This document shows, one piece after another, positions 76,846-88,444 of a stretch of DNA of 248,000 bases. Where the stretch lies: assembly GCA_029953675.1 (NCBI GenBank), contig JAMWBK010000001.1, positions 1,260,001-1,508,000 on the forward strand, written 5' to 3'. The position numbers and the translations under genes were made by a program. How positions within the stretch are numbered: position 1 is the stretch's first letter; each line of letters begins with the position of its first letter. The notes beneath the pieces were generated by a model. The model made no database searches and was not told the origin of the DNA. It saw only the letters and a list, made by a program, of their open reading frames with translations. This DNA comes from Rhodosorus marinus CCMP1338 (Eukaryota; Plantae; Rhodophyta).

Positions 76846-79149
76846 ATGGGTAGGAGGAGGTTATTGTTCTCAGATGTTTAGTATAAACCACGGAATGTGT
76901 CCCTTACGAAAACTAAACAAGGGGAGAAGGTAGAGGCCCTCCCTCAATGAGATATCAGAAAAGCCCTTAATCGTAAACGTTTTGTGAGCAGACGATTCAG
77001 GTGCTATCGTATTCACTACCAGCTGCCCATTACAGTTCCAGAGAATCCTATTCATTCCTCTGCGGCTGCCGACCCCAAAATCATTTTTGCGCGCCTTCCG
77101 TGGTCTCTAGCTGTCCCCCGCCGTCCGCACGCTGGTTAAGAATTGAAGAAGAAAGTGACGACTTTGAAGGAGCCAAAAACCAAAGCAAAAAGGCAGAAAC
77201 TGAGACGACAGATTGTGGGAAACGATTTACCAATCTGGTCGATACCGAGCCTCATCCTCCCCCGACTCAACCCCGCACTCATCTGCCGCGCCGGGGGTCA
77301 GAGTTGGTTTCCCTGTCAATGGACTTGCAGTGGTGACCTCTTCACTAGACTCCACGTGTTGTTCGATGTCAACGAAAACAGCTCCTGCTCCAGGTCCAGG
77401 GCGCTCGCCCACCGACGGCACAACGTGTCCATGCTGTTGGGTGCGCTAGTACAAATCCCACTCGGCACGAACTTCAAAGGACAAACTGTCAAATGCAACA
77501 TGTTACGCTGACAAACGTCTTATAGATTTATTGAGGACGGCTAGCTCCTCAGTTTACAGCGCTGCGTTCTGTCCTCCCTGTATCTGTTGCGAGTCTTGTC
77601 AAATGCCCGCGAAAAACTATTTGTAGATCGATCACTGCGACGAAAACCGCTTACTGAGATGAAAGTCATGTTTTGGAGACAAGCTTAGCGATTTGGAGCG
77701 GTGATTGTCAATGGTTGGAATCCCCCTGGATTTAACGTCAATGAATGGACTTGCATTAGGGAAAGCCATGTGGTGAGAAAATGAGTTTTACAATTCTGTT
77801 CATGACGTTTAACCCCTTGCGCTCCCAGTACTTGGCAATGATCCATATGCTCAGACAATTGGATGAGTGAATGAATTTGTTTAATAGTGCTCTCAAGTAT
77901 CTCAATTACGATGCTCTGAACAAGTTAGAAAGTTCACATGGCTTTGGGAAGTTCGCGGTACAGCGCGTTCAGTCCGCGGCTACAGGCTCCTTGCACAAGG
78001 CAATAATACGAGTCCTTTATCCTAAACTAAAAACCGGAATCGACATTGTTTTAGAGCTTGTTTTCTTGGTTAGTACATTCAACGGATCGTTCAGCTTGCT
78101 TCACGACCGTGGGGATGCTTTTAGCTTACACCCAAGTGACACATTGGGACAAGCTCTTGACAGATTACGAATCTGTCCAGGGACTATCAAATGTTGAGTT
78201 GCAACATTTTCCGAGCAATTCCGAATGGACTGTCTATGTTGTATCCCGGACGGACCCACTGGAGGTGGTTCGAAGGGTTTTTCCTGAGGCTTTGCCTTTT
78301 TTAGCTGGGATCTACCGGGGAGGAGGCCTCCCCTGCATGCCTGAGTGGGGTGAAGTTTTTGGAGCACACACAAGGGTACAACAAGAGGATTCTTGTAGGC
78401 CTGTCCTTCACGCCTGCGCTTTGCAGCTCGCTAGATTGCAACTCGCGACCGAGATGGAGGAGCTACGTATCTGTGCATATCATGACGACGTGACGTTGAT
78501 TTTTGTAGCCCTAGAACGGGGGTTGACCAGGATCCAAGCCATTGCAAGTGAGGTGGGGTTGATAGTCGAGCAGGAGAAGTGTTGGTTTCTCCCACCCGGC
78601 GGAAGCCCCTCCCGGTAGTCTGCCCGACGCTCTCAGGCACCTTTGCCTACCTGAGGGTCTGATGCATCATGGTATTGGGTTGGCGAGTCATAACTTCGTG
78701 CAATCCTCCTGCGAACCACCCGGCACAGGCAGCTCACAGATGGTGATGAGCGTCTTCCTGATGCTATGCTGCAATCGGTGTGCCTGATTTCCCGATTCTG
78801 TGTGGGTCCCCGGCTCGACTATTGGCTGCGAAGTCTTCCATGCAATGGGGAGCGTGGACTGCTGCTAAGGCCGATGAGGCGACGCTAACACATTGGGGCA
78901 CACTCTTAGACGAACCACTTGCTTCGGCATCGGCACCTGACAAGGACCTGATACGGGCCTAGTCGTCGGACCGTGGTCGATGTGCAGCTTGACCAGACCA
79001 TTTCCTAACAGTAGAAGCATCAACCACAGTACTCATTTTGGGCCAACCTAGGTCGTCTTATAGCCTCCTCACGGAGCTGTCCTTGACCTTGTGGGGTTGC
79101 AACGCCGCCTTATTGTTGGACGCACGTCATCAGCGTCTTGTTTCTCGCT

Positions 79150-79386
79150 TCTCAGCGTAGTTAGGATCTGAATAAACGGAACGGAACTCATTCCTTGCAA
79201 AGCAAGTGGGATAATCTCCGGTGTAGACAAGTCCGCATAAACCAGTTCTGTTCCCCATTCTTTTAAAAACGCTGCTCTTCGCAAGTTTCTAACCATACAT
79301 TTGACGGAGTAACCTTCATCTAAGGCTCTTCTTGTTAGCAGTGTTGATCCGGTATTTATTTCAACCCCGAGTTGTAAGAAAGACAA
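79150..79386 (-). pseudogene. ycf39: Plastid-type ycf39 fragment (probable NUPT)
   Basis: [45 protein letters not shown] matches the Ycf39/HCF244 N-terminus; GxxGxxG region decayed; AT-rich codons. Confidence 0.75.
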
Positions 79387-81249
79387 CCTAAGTGTACAAG
79401 CTTATTGGAATCCTTTTGGCGAATATCTGATGAAACTTCATGTTCCACAATCGCCTGGAGAAAGCGCGTTCGACACGAACAATTCCGCTTTCGTGAAACT
79501 CCTTTCCGCTAGCCGTTCTATGCGATTCGATTGTGAAACTCACACCAATACGCAATAGAATCAATCCACTCAGGAACTCACCCTTCTCAAGAATTTCACC
79601 TTTTGCCTTCAGTCCATATGTCGCTAATCGACGGTCGCTATGATGCATCATCAAGCATATAGAAAAACCATTAAATCAAGAGAGACAGTCTGTTACGCCC
79701 AGAAATGCTCACTATTCAATGCCAGAACCAAAATTCCAACAAGGAGATGTAGCAGATTATGACTGATCTGCAACGCATCAAATGCTCCCCTGAAGCTCTA
79801 CGTAAACACCTACTGTATGCCGAAGGGATCGGCCCAGGTTCGGTTCTACGACTCCCATAGGTCAACAAAGAAACTCGCAACCAATCAGGACCCTTATATT
79901 TAGTGTACTTACATGGGAGTTCTGTCCAAGTCGGATTTGGTGACGAATGAGGTTACTAACACAGAGCCATTGTAGTCGCCCAGCAGGGATTCGTATTTTG
80001 TTGGCTAACTGAGTGAATAGGATCAAACCTTCGTAGGATTAGGGTTTTTGCGCGCTTGCATCTCCATGAAGATTTTCCCTAAGTCCAAGCATCTCGGAGA
80101 TAAGCACGGCATATATACTGATCCTAGAAGCCATCAAGTATGGTTGGTTCGGAATAAATATGAACGTCGAGGATGAACAACACTCATACACCTAGTTTTG
80201 TTAACAAAATTCCTCCCTGCGTCCTCCTTGGCCAAGGTCTCCTCTAACCTTCTCTACAATCCGGTTCATTCCTCATCTTCCTAGTTCACACCTCTCCGAG
80301 GCGGTGAGCTGGGTTAGCTTTCCGGTGACCGGAAAGCTCTTACAGAGCCGTAGAGACCCGAGGAGGAGCATGCACAGTTACCTTTTAGTCGAGCAACCCC
80401 TATGATTAGTTCGGAATAAACAACAACTCTGAGGATGAACAACACTCGTGCACCCAGTTTTTTTTTACCCTTCTCAAATTTTTTTTGTCTACCGTTAATG
80501 TTCCTGCAGTTCCTACACCTAATAAACTCATAAAATCTCTGCAATAAAAATTTGTATAGGTTTGCCGTTGCAATAAAACCTTTTCTATCTTTAATTATAA
80601 TAGAGTAATCATAGTAAAACTATATATATAGGGCAAAGGGCAACTTGAACCCTCAAAAGTTGTCACATTTGAGTGTGATGCATACCAATTTGCGGACTAA
80701 AGGGCTTACTTAGAGTTCACTGGACTGCGGTAGAAAGGGAAGAAGAAAACGGAATAGAAGAAGGGAACAACGTTTCTTGCGGTTTTTGAATGATACGGGT
80801 TTCATCTCTATGGCTGATTTGGACTGTAGAGTCCGTGGATTTCCATCCCCGCCATCCGGGTCATTGGAGACCCTTTTGAGTGGTTACGGCCCGCTCTAGG
80901 TCGAATGCTGTGTTGAGGGGGTTGGTTTCTGACGACATTAAGATCTACAATTTGCCCCTTCTAGAATAAACCATTCGTTCTAGAATAGGATAGACTTCAT
81001 TTACAGCTATTTTCAATCTTCTGAGATAGTCTATTTCGACAATGGTCTAAAATTCAAACTTTTGTCCTATTTCATTTTCATAGTTATCAATACAAACCTT
81101 TTCTCTTGGCTTCATTTTATTTTTATTATCAAAATTTTGAGCTACTATCTCGTTTGCAATTACTCCTAATTTAAATGGCATAATTAAGTTCTTTATTGTG
81201 CTATTTAGGTTTTTAAGCACCCCTTATTCTTAACTCTATGTCTTTCAAC

Positions 81250-81372
81250 CAGTTCTGGGGGTAAATATTAGTGTTGTGCTAGTTCTGGGGGTAAATATTA
81301 GTGTTGTGCCAGTTCTGGGGGTAAATATTAGTGTTGTACCAGTTCTGGGGGTAAATATTAGTGTTGTGCCAA
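81250..81372. repeat. 30-bp tandem repeat x4 adjoining a hAT-like MITE
   Basis: agttctgggggtaaatattagtgttgtgc(c/t) repeated without unique spacers. Confidence 0.9.
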
Positions 81373-81554
81373 GTGGGTCGGGTTTTTGCAGAGTGGATCG
81401 GATTTTGCCTGTTTACTCCTCTAAACCCTCCTGTTTTTGCTGGTTTAACCACTTCCGGGTTGTAAACAGCGAAAAACCCGGCCCACTTTGAACAACCTTC
81501 TACATAGATATACTAAGAATTTGGAGACAAACTTTGCAACTCGGAGCAGTGATG

Positions 81555-81935
81555 GCTAACCCTCAAGCTAGTCGTTATCTCCCGGCTGCGGGGGAGCGCC
81601 GTGGATCTGCCGCCGCCAGCATGAGACGCCGCAAAGAGATCAAATACGCGGGGGCTTTGTCTTCCCCTGGTGTTCGTGCTTCGGCACTAGCACATCGCTT
81701 GGTACCCCTGATCATTGAGTGCTTTGGGTTCATGGACTCTGTTGGTTCTCGCTGGCTTCGGGAGTTGTTCCGCGAACGCCCTGACCGTCTTCAATCGTTG
81801 TTTACCCGCTTAAGTTTCCTGCTGTGGCGCATGAATGCCGCTTTGATGTTGGAGGCGCGAGTACTTCGCCGCGCTTAGTCTTTTTTTCCCCTCGGGGTTT
81901 TTTTTTCAGCCTCCGATTAAACCATTCGTTCGATG
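81555..81935 (+). mobile_element. Family B 3' fragment
   Basis: ORF 81534..81878; B tail. Confidence 0.9.
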
Positions 81936-84111
81936 GTCTTGGAATCTCAGCTGGATCAAGATCCGGAGAATATTGGCTAATGAATAGAATTGCATTAGAT
82001 TAGACCACAACCTACGAAAGTGAGTCTTGTAACTCGCCTCAACATAATCTAATTATCCTAAAATTTATCCTAATTATAATCCACCCTATTTATTTCTAAA
82101 TATTTATCAGCATGCCCTGTTTTTGTTGCTCACTTTTTCTCTTGAAGGAGAATCCGAGTGTTTTCTTTCTTCATTTGAGGGCCTTTTTTTTTTATTTTGT
82201 TGAGAATATTGCTTTATTCTGTGAACAAATACGCGGGGGCTTTGTCTTCCCCTGGTGTTCGTGCTTCGGCACTAGCACGTCGCTTGATACCCCTGATCAT
82301 TGAGTGCTTTGGGTTCATGGACTCTGTTGGCTCTCGCTGGCGTCGGGAGTTGTTCCGCGAACGCCCTGACCGTCTTCAATCGTTGTTTACCCGCTTAAGT
82401 TTCCTTCTGTGGCGCATGAATGCCGCTTTGATGTTGGAGGCGCGAGTTCTTCGCCGCACTTAGCCTTTTTTTCCCCTCGGGGTTTTTTCTTTCAGCCTCC
82501 GATTAAACCATTCTTCTTCATTCTGTGAAGTGTTTTCATTCTTTTTGCCCACCGGGCCAATGGGGGTTGTTGTTCACCGAATCCGAATCACCGTATCGGA
82601 TGTTAACTTTGGTGAGCAGCTCGGAGGGACGTGACGACAATAACAATGAGGGAAGGTTTTTTTTCTCGGCGCGGTCTTCGGGAGCTTTCGCTCTATGTCG
82701 GTATATGATCGATCACTGCTGATCCCGCGTTTTGCTTTCAGTTCCATCCTTAATCAACTATGCTAATAAAGCCTTATCATGGTTTAGGCTTCTCCCTGTA
82801 TGCTGCCCTCCGTGGCGAGTGGATCTACAGCTCATAAAGACCTTCAATGAATGTGCTATATGGAGGAAAAAAGATTCCTGGAAGCCTTCGGGGCCTTCTC
82901 TGGCCCGCTAAATGACAAGGAATGGAAACCTCGTTTTCTGTTCATTTTCCTGGCCAAATCCCATGCCATTGTTCGTCCAATCGACTGTTTCTGACCTGGT
83001 TGGGATCCACCTACGGACAAACGTTATTCGCTCATTCAACCCATCAAGACGGCAAACAACACAAATCTACTCCAACCCCCCAACCATTCTCCGCCCACCT
83101 CCTCGTCTTCCCCATCAACTGGACTTTACTAGCATAACTGGACTGGACTTTACTAGCATAACTAGTTCAGTCCGCCTGATTGATTACTTAACCACTCCTC
83201 TCGACACCGCAAAACGCTCTCCAAAGACCAACACCATTCCTCCGTGAAACGCTCGCCGTTGATCTTAAATCACTACCACCCCATCGCTCTTAGAGCAATC
83301 ATTCTAACTGTGAGTCTCCCCTGGCCCCGATCCAATGCATCAAAATCCTTTGTTTTCGGGTAGTCTGCCCCCGACCAAAGGCTATTCAGGAGAGCATGTT
83401 GTGCCACGCCAGTCTTTCCTGGCCCCATATTCAAGCGCTCAAAAATCTTCTCTTTCGGAGTCAATATTCTGGCCAAATGGAGTGGCTAATGTTCCCAACG
83501 AACACGTTCCTCCCCCCGGCTCAAACATATGTTCGCATCAAAACAATATCTCCTTGGCCAAAGGGAGTCATGGTCATGGTCATGGGTCACAAACGAGGAT
83601 TGGACTCATGAGTCTTTGGCCCGCCAAAAACGGCCTTGTTCGGTTCAGACAATTTCCGGGCCAAGAGTGAAGTCATCAGTGCTTCCCGTCCGCAGGGTTA
83701 AAAAATCTCAAAACCTTGGCTTCGAGGGTAAATATTCTGGTCAAAGAAAGTCCGGGCTAATGTTCTGCTGAGGAATATCGCCCTTGGAGATGTGGTTGCT
83801 GAATTAGAGTATTAGCGACTGCGCGGAGCCTCCTCCGCGCAGTAAGTTACGGGGGGGAGTGGAGGGGCGAGTTGGAGAGGTGTGGACGGGGGGAAACGAG
83901 TGAGGATAGCGGTGGAGTTTGCGGACTATATTTTTTGGTTTCTTTCCGCAGGCTTTCCGAAAGTTCTTTAGAAGAGATCTTATTAGTCGGTATTGAACCC
84001 GCTAGCCTGTCTCGCGCAAGCGGTTGGGTTTCTTGGGGGACATATTGGCTGTTATGGCATGGCCGTGAGGTTGGATGGTTGGCTGTTTAGGAGTCGAGAA
84101 GGATTGGAGCT

Positions 84112-87100
84112 GTGAGGAGTCAGATTAGGAAGAGAACCGTCGTGCCCACGGTTGGGTTCGCGGGTTCTGGGGGTATCGCAAGCAAGGAAGAGGGAAAAAC
84201 CCGTATGGACGCCCACGTGTTTGCAGTAGTGCTGGTTGCGCTTGTTTTGCAGCGGACGGGGGTCGGTGCAACGCTTACGAAGGTTGACTTCGAAGATGCT
84301 CCTGTCGTGGGTAGTATTGATGGTCTTCCGACCGACTTCGCTTTTCTGCCTCCTGGTCAGACTGACCGCATTCTGGTGACAGGTTATAGGGGAACGGTCC
84401 AAGTTGTCGTGAGAGGAGCGGTGCAGGAGAAACTATTCCTGGACGAAAGGGTTTCCCAGGCGGAGCTGGACAGTTGGACGGGCTACCCCAGATTGTGGGA
84501 TCGAGGCCTGGCGCCAGAGTATCGATCGGTTGCTGTAGATTCCGACTTTCAAAATCATCCGTATGTGTACCTCGCGTACTTTCACTACATTGAAAGAGTG
84601 CGAAGAACTCCTCCCCAAGGGTTTGTGGTTCGGTACAGGGTGAGCAATGACCTCTCAGAGGCGATCCGTAGCTCGAAGAGATTCATTCTCGGAGGATACG
84701 TGAGTGGAAATTGTACGCAAATTAGCACAACGGAGGATACCATTTGCATTACTGCTCCTGATCATACGATGGCGGGGTTACTCGCGGACCCCCAGGGAAG
84801 AGTTTGGATATCAGTAGGGGATTCCGCCTTTTGGGACGATTTTGACCGACCGAACGCCATGAGGGCTCAGGACGTTGACACTCTATACGGGAAGGTCCTC
84901 AGGGTAAATCGGTCTGGGAAAGGCCTACCATCTAACCCCTACTACGACGGCAGTCCGGATTCAAACCGATCAAAGGTGATGGTTTTGGGTCTGCGCAACC
85001 CATGGAACATTCATTGGGATGCTGAGCTTGATACTCCATGGGTCAGTGATGTTGGAGAAGCAACCCTGGAAGAGTTCAATCTAGTTCAACCGGGTGCGAA
85101 CTACGGGTGGCCATGCATGGAGGCAGAGCTTGATCGCTTTCAGTTTGGCATCTTCAACGAGTGCGTAGATTTGTTCAATAATGTTCCCCCATCATCCGGA
85201 GCCTCATATGTGGGTGCGAAAGTGGGTCCGAAACTAAGCTACTCCCACGAGGAGGGTACTGCGATTACTGCCGCGTTGAGGGTGAACATCGAGGGTTGGC
85301 CTGACGCTTTCAACAATGGCGTTTACTACAGTGACTATTCCGGAAACTGGATACGGTACGTCAAGGTAGACGACGTCGGTAACGTTGTTTCGGCTCCTCT
85401 CGAGTTTGCCACAGGGGTCCCTGGACCGATCAACCTTCGACCGGGGAGCGACGGATGTCTGTACTACCTAGCTCTCGCTTCCAGTCAGATAGGTCGGATC
85501 TGTTACAGGGAGAACAATTCGCCGCCAGAGGTGGTTGGGATCGTACCGCCGGATGGGTTCACGGGCGCGGCTAGGTCGACCTTGGTTGAGGTGGCTGTAA
85601 GCAAGAAGGTGACAGCGGAATCGGCACAAGCGTCTATAGTTGTGGTAGAGACTGTATCGGAGGTTGTTGTTGCTGGGCATGTGGAACAGGATGAGGTCAG
85701 GAACATTCTTACCTTTGTTCCAAACGAGGCGCTGAAGGAGGATGCGGAATACACGGTGACTGTTTCCGCGTTGATCGACTTGAAAAACCTCTCCATGATA
85801 GGCGAGGTGACGAGTACATTTTTTACGGGCAGAGGGTTCGTGCAGTATGTTTCCGATCTGGCCCTAGCTGTGGATCCTACACCCGAAGCGGTTTACCGTG
85901 ACACAGCGATTAATGGCGTGACTCCCATATTCATTCGCGGCAGGCGATTCAGGAAGGGCTTGAGCTTCGTCCCCGTCGTGCGAGTAGGTGTTCAAGTCCC
86001 TTCTGGATGTACGTCGATCGAAGGTTTCTACGGGATGGACGACACTGCTAGGTGGATTGTAGCGGGCGCAGTCATCTTTACGATCGCCGTGGACGGCAGT
86101 ATTGTGTACGACTCAGCTGCGGATGGACTCGGATTTCCCAGCAGAAAAGTCGATCCCGCGACCTTCTTCAGCATGGATGTAGAGAGTGGGAGTACCTTGA
86201 CTCTGGGAGGCGACTTTGGAGGGAGACACGAGAATCAAGAGGACAATCGCGGAGCGTGGGCGGATGTCAGGTTCCGCTGCGGCAACATAGACTCTAGGGC
86301 ACCAAAAATCGAGTCGATCGACCCAGGCGACGGCTCAACTACATCGATCGATGTGGTGATTCGCATCGTATTCGACGAGGTCATGAACTATAACACGGTC
86401 CTTCAGGCAGTGAGCATTGCGTCGGTGGATGGGCGTCGCATCCCGTGGCTTCCAGTTGAGAGTACCGAGCCCCGACTATTTGCGCTCGAGTTGGAGAGCT
86501 TGGAGTTCGATACGACGTACGTGGTCAGCGTATCGAAAACGGCGATTGACGTTTCTGGAAACCGATTGGAGGAAGACGTGCAGTGGTCGTTTGCCACTGA
86601 GTTTCCGCCAGCAACTGGAGAGAAGCTCCAATTCCTGGGAGATTTGACACCCAAGCGCTCGAGAGGTGGTGTCTCGTTCAACGGATTTCCGAGGAGGCTT
86701 AGCCCAGGAGTGCAAATATACGAGAACGGTCTTGGTATGCAGGCAAACGCCATGGTCAGCTACGACCTGGGTGGTCTCGCTTGTACTCGGCTCAAAGGGC
86801 TCACGGGTAAGGATGCAGCTGCACGAGGCGATTCTGGTGCTTGCCGGCTGCGGGTTTTCAGCGGGGCTAATCGGGAAGCATCGCGGATGCGTGTTGATCG
86901 GTACCCTCGCGCAGCTCAACGGTCGCGGGGCCTAAGTGTTGGACTAGGAGGGGATAGCTACCTCGAGATTAAGCTTTCCGCGGGGGGGGATGGCGGCCAG
87001 GCTAAGGACCTTTGCGACATCGCCCGAGCTAGGGTGGAGTGTGATGGTGTTGATATCTACCTGACGGAACTTACGCCGTTATCTGAGCGGGGGGTGGTTG

Positions 87101-87990
87101 AACGGAACAGGAGTGCGGTGCAGTTGCCGCTGCAGCTGCTCAGGTCCTCAATGACCTTCGAGACTGGAATTGTTATCCCCGCCGGGGCTGAAGTGACGTA
87201 TGCAATTCCTGGACGGTGCTCAACGATCAGCTTCACAGTGGGAGCGGGCAATGGAGCGGACTTTGGAGACACCGAGTTGGTGACCACTGTGGATGGGGAG
87301 GCGGTTTGTATGGATCAGAACTTTTCCCATCGCGACGGAGCGAGGACGTTCTTGTGTAACGTGGAAGGAGGGGAGGAGCTGAAACTTGCGGCCATCCGAG
87401 GAGATACTAGTGGTGCAATCATTGTCGGGGAGGCAGAGTTGGACTGTGCTGTCGGAACTCGGAAACCTGTGTGTGAGATGACCTCAATTCCCAGCAACTT
87501 TCGGGTTGGGGACACAATCGAGTATGCGGGGCAAGGCTACCGTTTCAACGGAGCAGAGCTACCAGGGAGCGCACTGAGCTGGGATATCACGCTTGTCCAT
87601 TGTGAACCGGAATGTCACGACCATCCGGAGGTCAGAGTAGAGGGCAGGAAGGGTGGGAGCTACGATGTTCCCGATCACGGCGACTACTTCTTTATCAAGA
87701 TCGACTGCACAGTAACGGACATGGGTGAGGTGTCTAAGAAATCGACGAGTGTGCTTCCGGAGACGGCTTTAATTACGGTGGAATCCGTGCCGACTGGGAA
87801 GCTCGCCACCGCCGACGGCACGAACGGCGAGACGCCCCTGTTGAAAACGGTGGTCGTGGGCTCAACGTTCACCGTGGATGTGGACCCAGTGGCTTTCGGC
87901 ATATGGTCACACGACAACACTCTCGGTCCAACTTTTGACTATCTTCTTGAGAGTGACACCCCGTTAGTCTTCACTGCTAGCTACAACTAA
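84112..87990 (+). CDS. Secreted GSDH-Ig-NPCBM protein, copy 2
   Basis: Full paralog of 36713; likely start MDAHVFAVVLVALVL; HTMAG, GLRNPW, HCEPECHDHP. Confidence 0.88.
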   Translation: MRSQIRKRTVVPTVGFAGSGGIASKEEGKTRMDAHVFAVVLVALVLQRTGVGATLTKVDFEDAPVVGSIDGLPTDFAFLPPGQTDRILVTGYRGTVQVVVRGAVQEKLFLDERVSQAELDSWTGYPRLWDRGLAPEYRSVAVDSDFQNHPYVYLAYFHYIERVRRTPPQGFVVRYRVSNDLSEAIRSSKRFILGGYVSGNCTQISTTEDTICITAPDHTMAGLLADPQGRVWISVGDSAFWDDFDRPNAMRAQDVDTLYGKVLRVNRSGKGLPSNPYYDGSPDSNRSKVMVLGLRNPWNIHWDAELDTPWVSDVGEATLEEFNLVQPGANYGWPCMEAELDRFQFGIFNECVDLFNNVPPSSGASYVGAKVGPKLSYSHEEGTAITAALRVNIEGWPDAFNNGVYYSDYSGNWIRYVKVDDVGNVVSAPLEFATGVPGPINLRPGSDGCLYYLALASSQIGRICYRENNSPPEVVGIVPPDGFTGAARSTLVEVAVSKKVTAESAQASIVVVETVSEVVVAGHVEQDEVRNILTFVPNEALKEDAEYTVTVSALIDLKNLSMIGEVTSTFFTGRGFVQYVSDLALAVDPTPEAVYRDTAINGVTPIFIRGRRFRKGLSFVPVVRVGVQVPSGCTSIEGFYGMDDTARWIVAGAVIFTIAVDGSIVYDSAADGLGFPSRKVDPATFFSMDVESGSTLTLGGDFGGRHENQEDNRGAWADVRFRCGNIDSRAPKIESIDPGDGSTTSIDVVIRIVFDEVMNYNTVLQAVSIASVDGRRIPWLPVESTEPRLFALELESLEFDTTYVVSVSKTAIDVSGNRLEEDVQWSFATEFPPATGEKLQFLGDLTPKRSRGGVSFNGFPRRLSPGVQIYENGLGMQANAMVSYDLGGLACTRLKGLTGKDAAARGDSGACRLRVFSGANREASRMRVDRYPRAAQRSRGLSVGLGGDSYLEIKLSAGGDGGQAKDLCDIARARVECDGVDIYLTELTPLSERGVVERNRSAVQLPLQLLRSSMTFETGIVIPAGAEVTYAIPGRCSTISFTVGAGNGADFGDTELVTTVDGEAVCMDQNFSHRDGARTFLCNVEGGEELKLAAIRGDTSGAIIVGEAELDCAVGTRKPVCEMTSIPSNFRVGDTIEYAGQGYRFNGAELPGSALSWDITLVHCEPECHDHPEVRVEGRKGGSYDVPDHGDYFFIKIDCTVTDMGEVSKKSTSVLPETALITVESVPTGKLATADGTNGETPLLKTVVVGSTFTVDVDPVAFGIWSHDNTLGPTFDYLLESDTPLVFTASYN

Positions 87991-88444
87991 AGCCGACGGT
88001 TCAGAATTTTTTCCCAGATGTGCGATAAAAGTTGCGCTGGCGGGGCTCAGCTGAATGCCCACGTGAACCCAGCTACTATCAAAAAAGGCTTCTATGATTC
88101 TGGAAAGGCAAATCCATAGGCTGATTGCTAACGATGAATCCAATCAACAGAGTGATAGGAGTTACTGTACTCAGACATTGGGTGCTGGCAGCGAGCTAAC
88201 CGTGTACCACCAGTACTAACGGCATGGAGATGGCTGTCAGAATAGAGGATTGTAGTTTGTAAATACCAAATGGGAAACATCGTCCAGGCCGCCTGGGTCA
88301 GATCATATGTTTGCACGCATGTTCCAGAGTGAACGTTTCCGAAGTCCGAAGACCGCGGAGCAAAATTTTCATATAAAGACCAATATTTGACGTGAGCATA
88401 CCCAAAGTGGACGGAGAATGAGAACATCCACTTCGGGTATGCTC

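Noticed and set aside
81250-81372. Possible CRISPR array (30-bp repeats)
   Set aside because: Repeats abut with no unique spacers and there are no cas genes; same for the 16-bp array at ~170200 and the 25-bp array at ~244955
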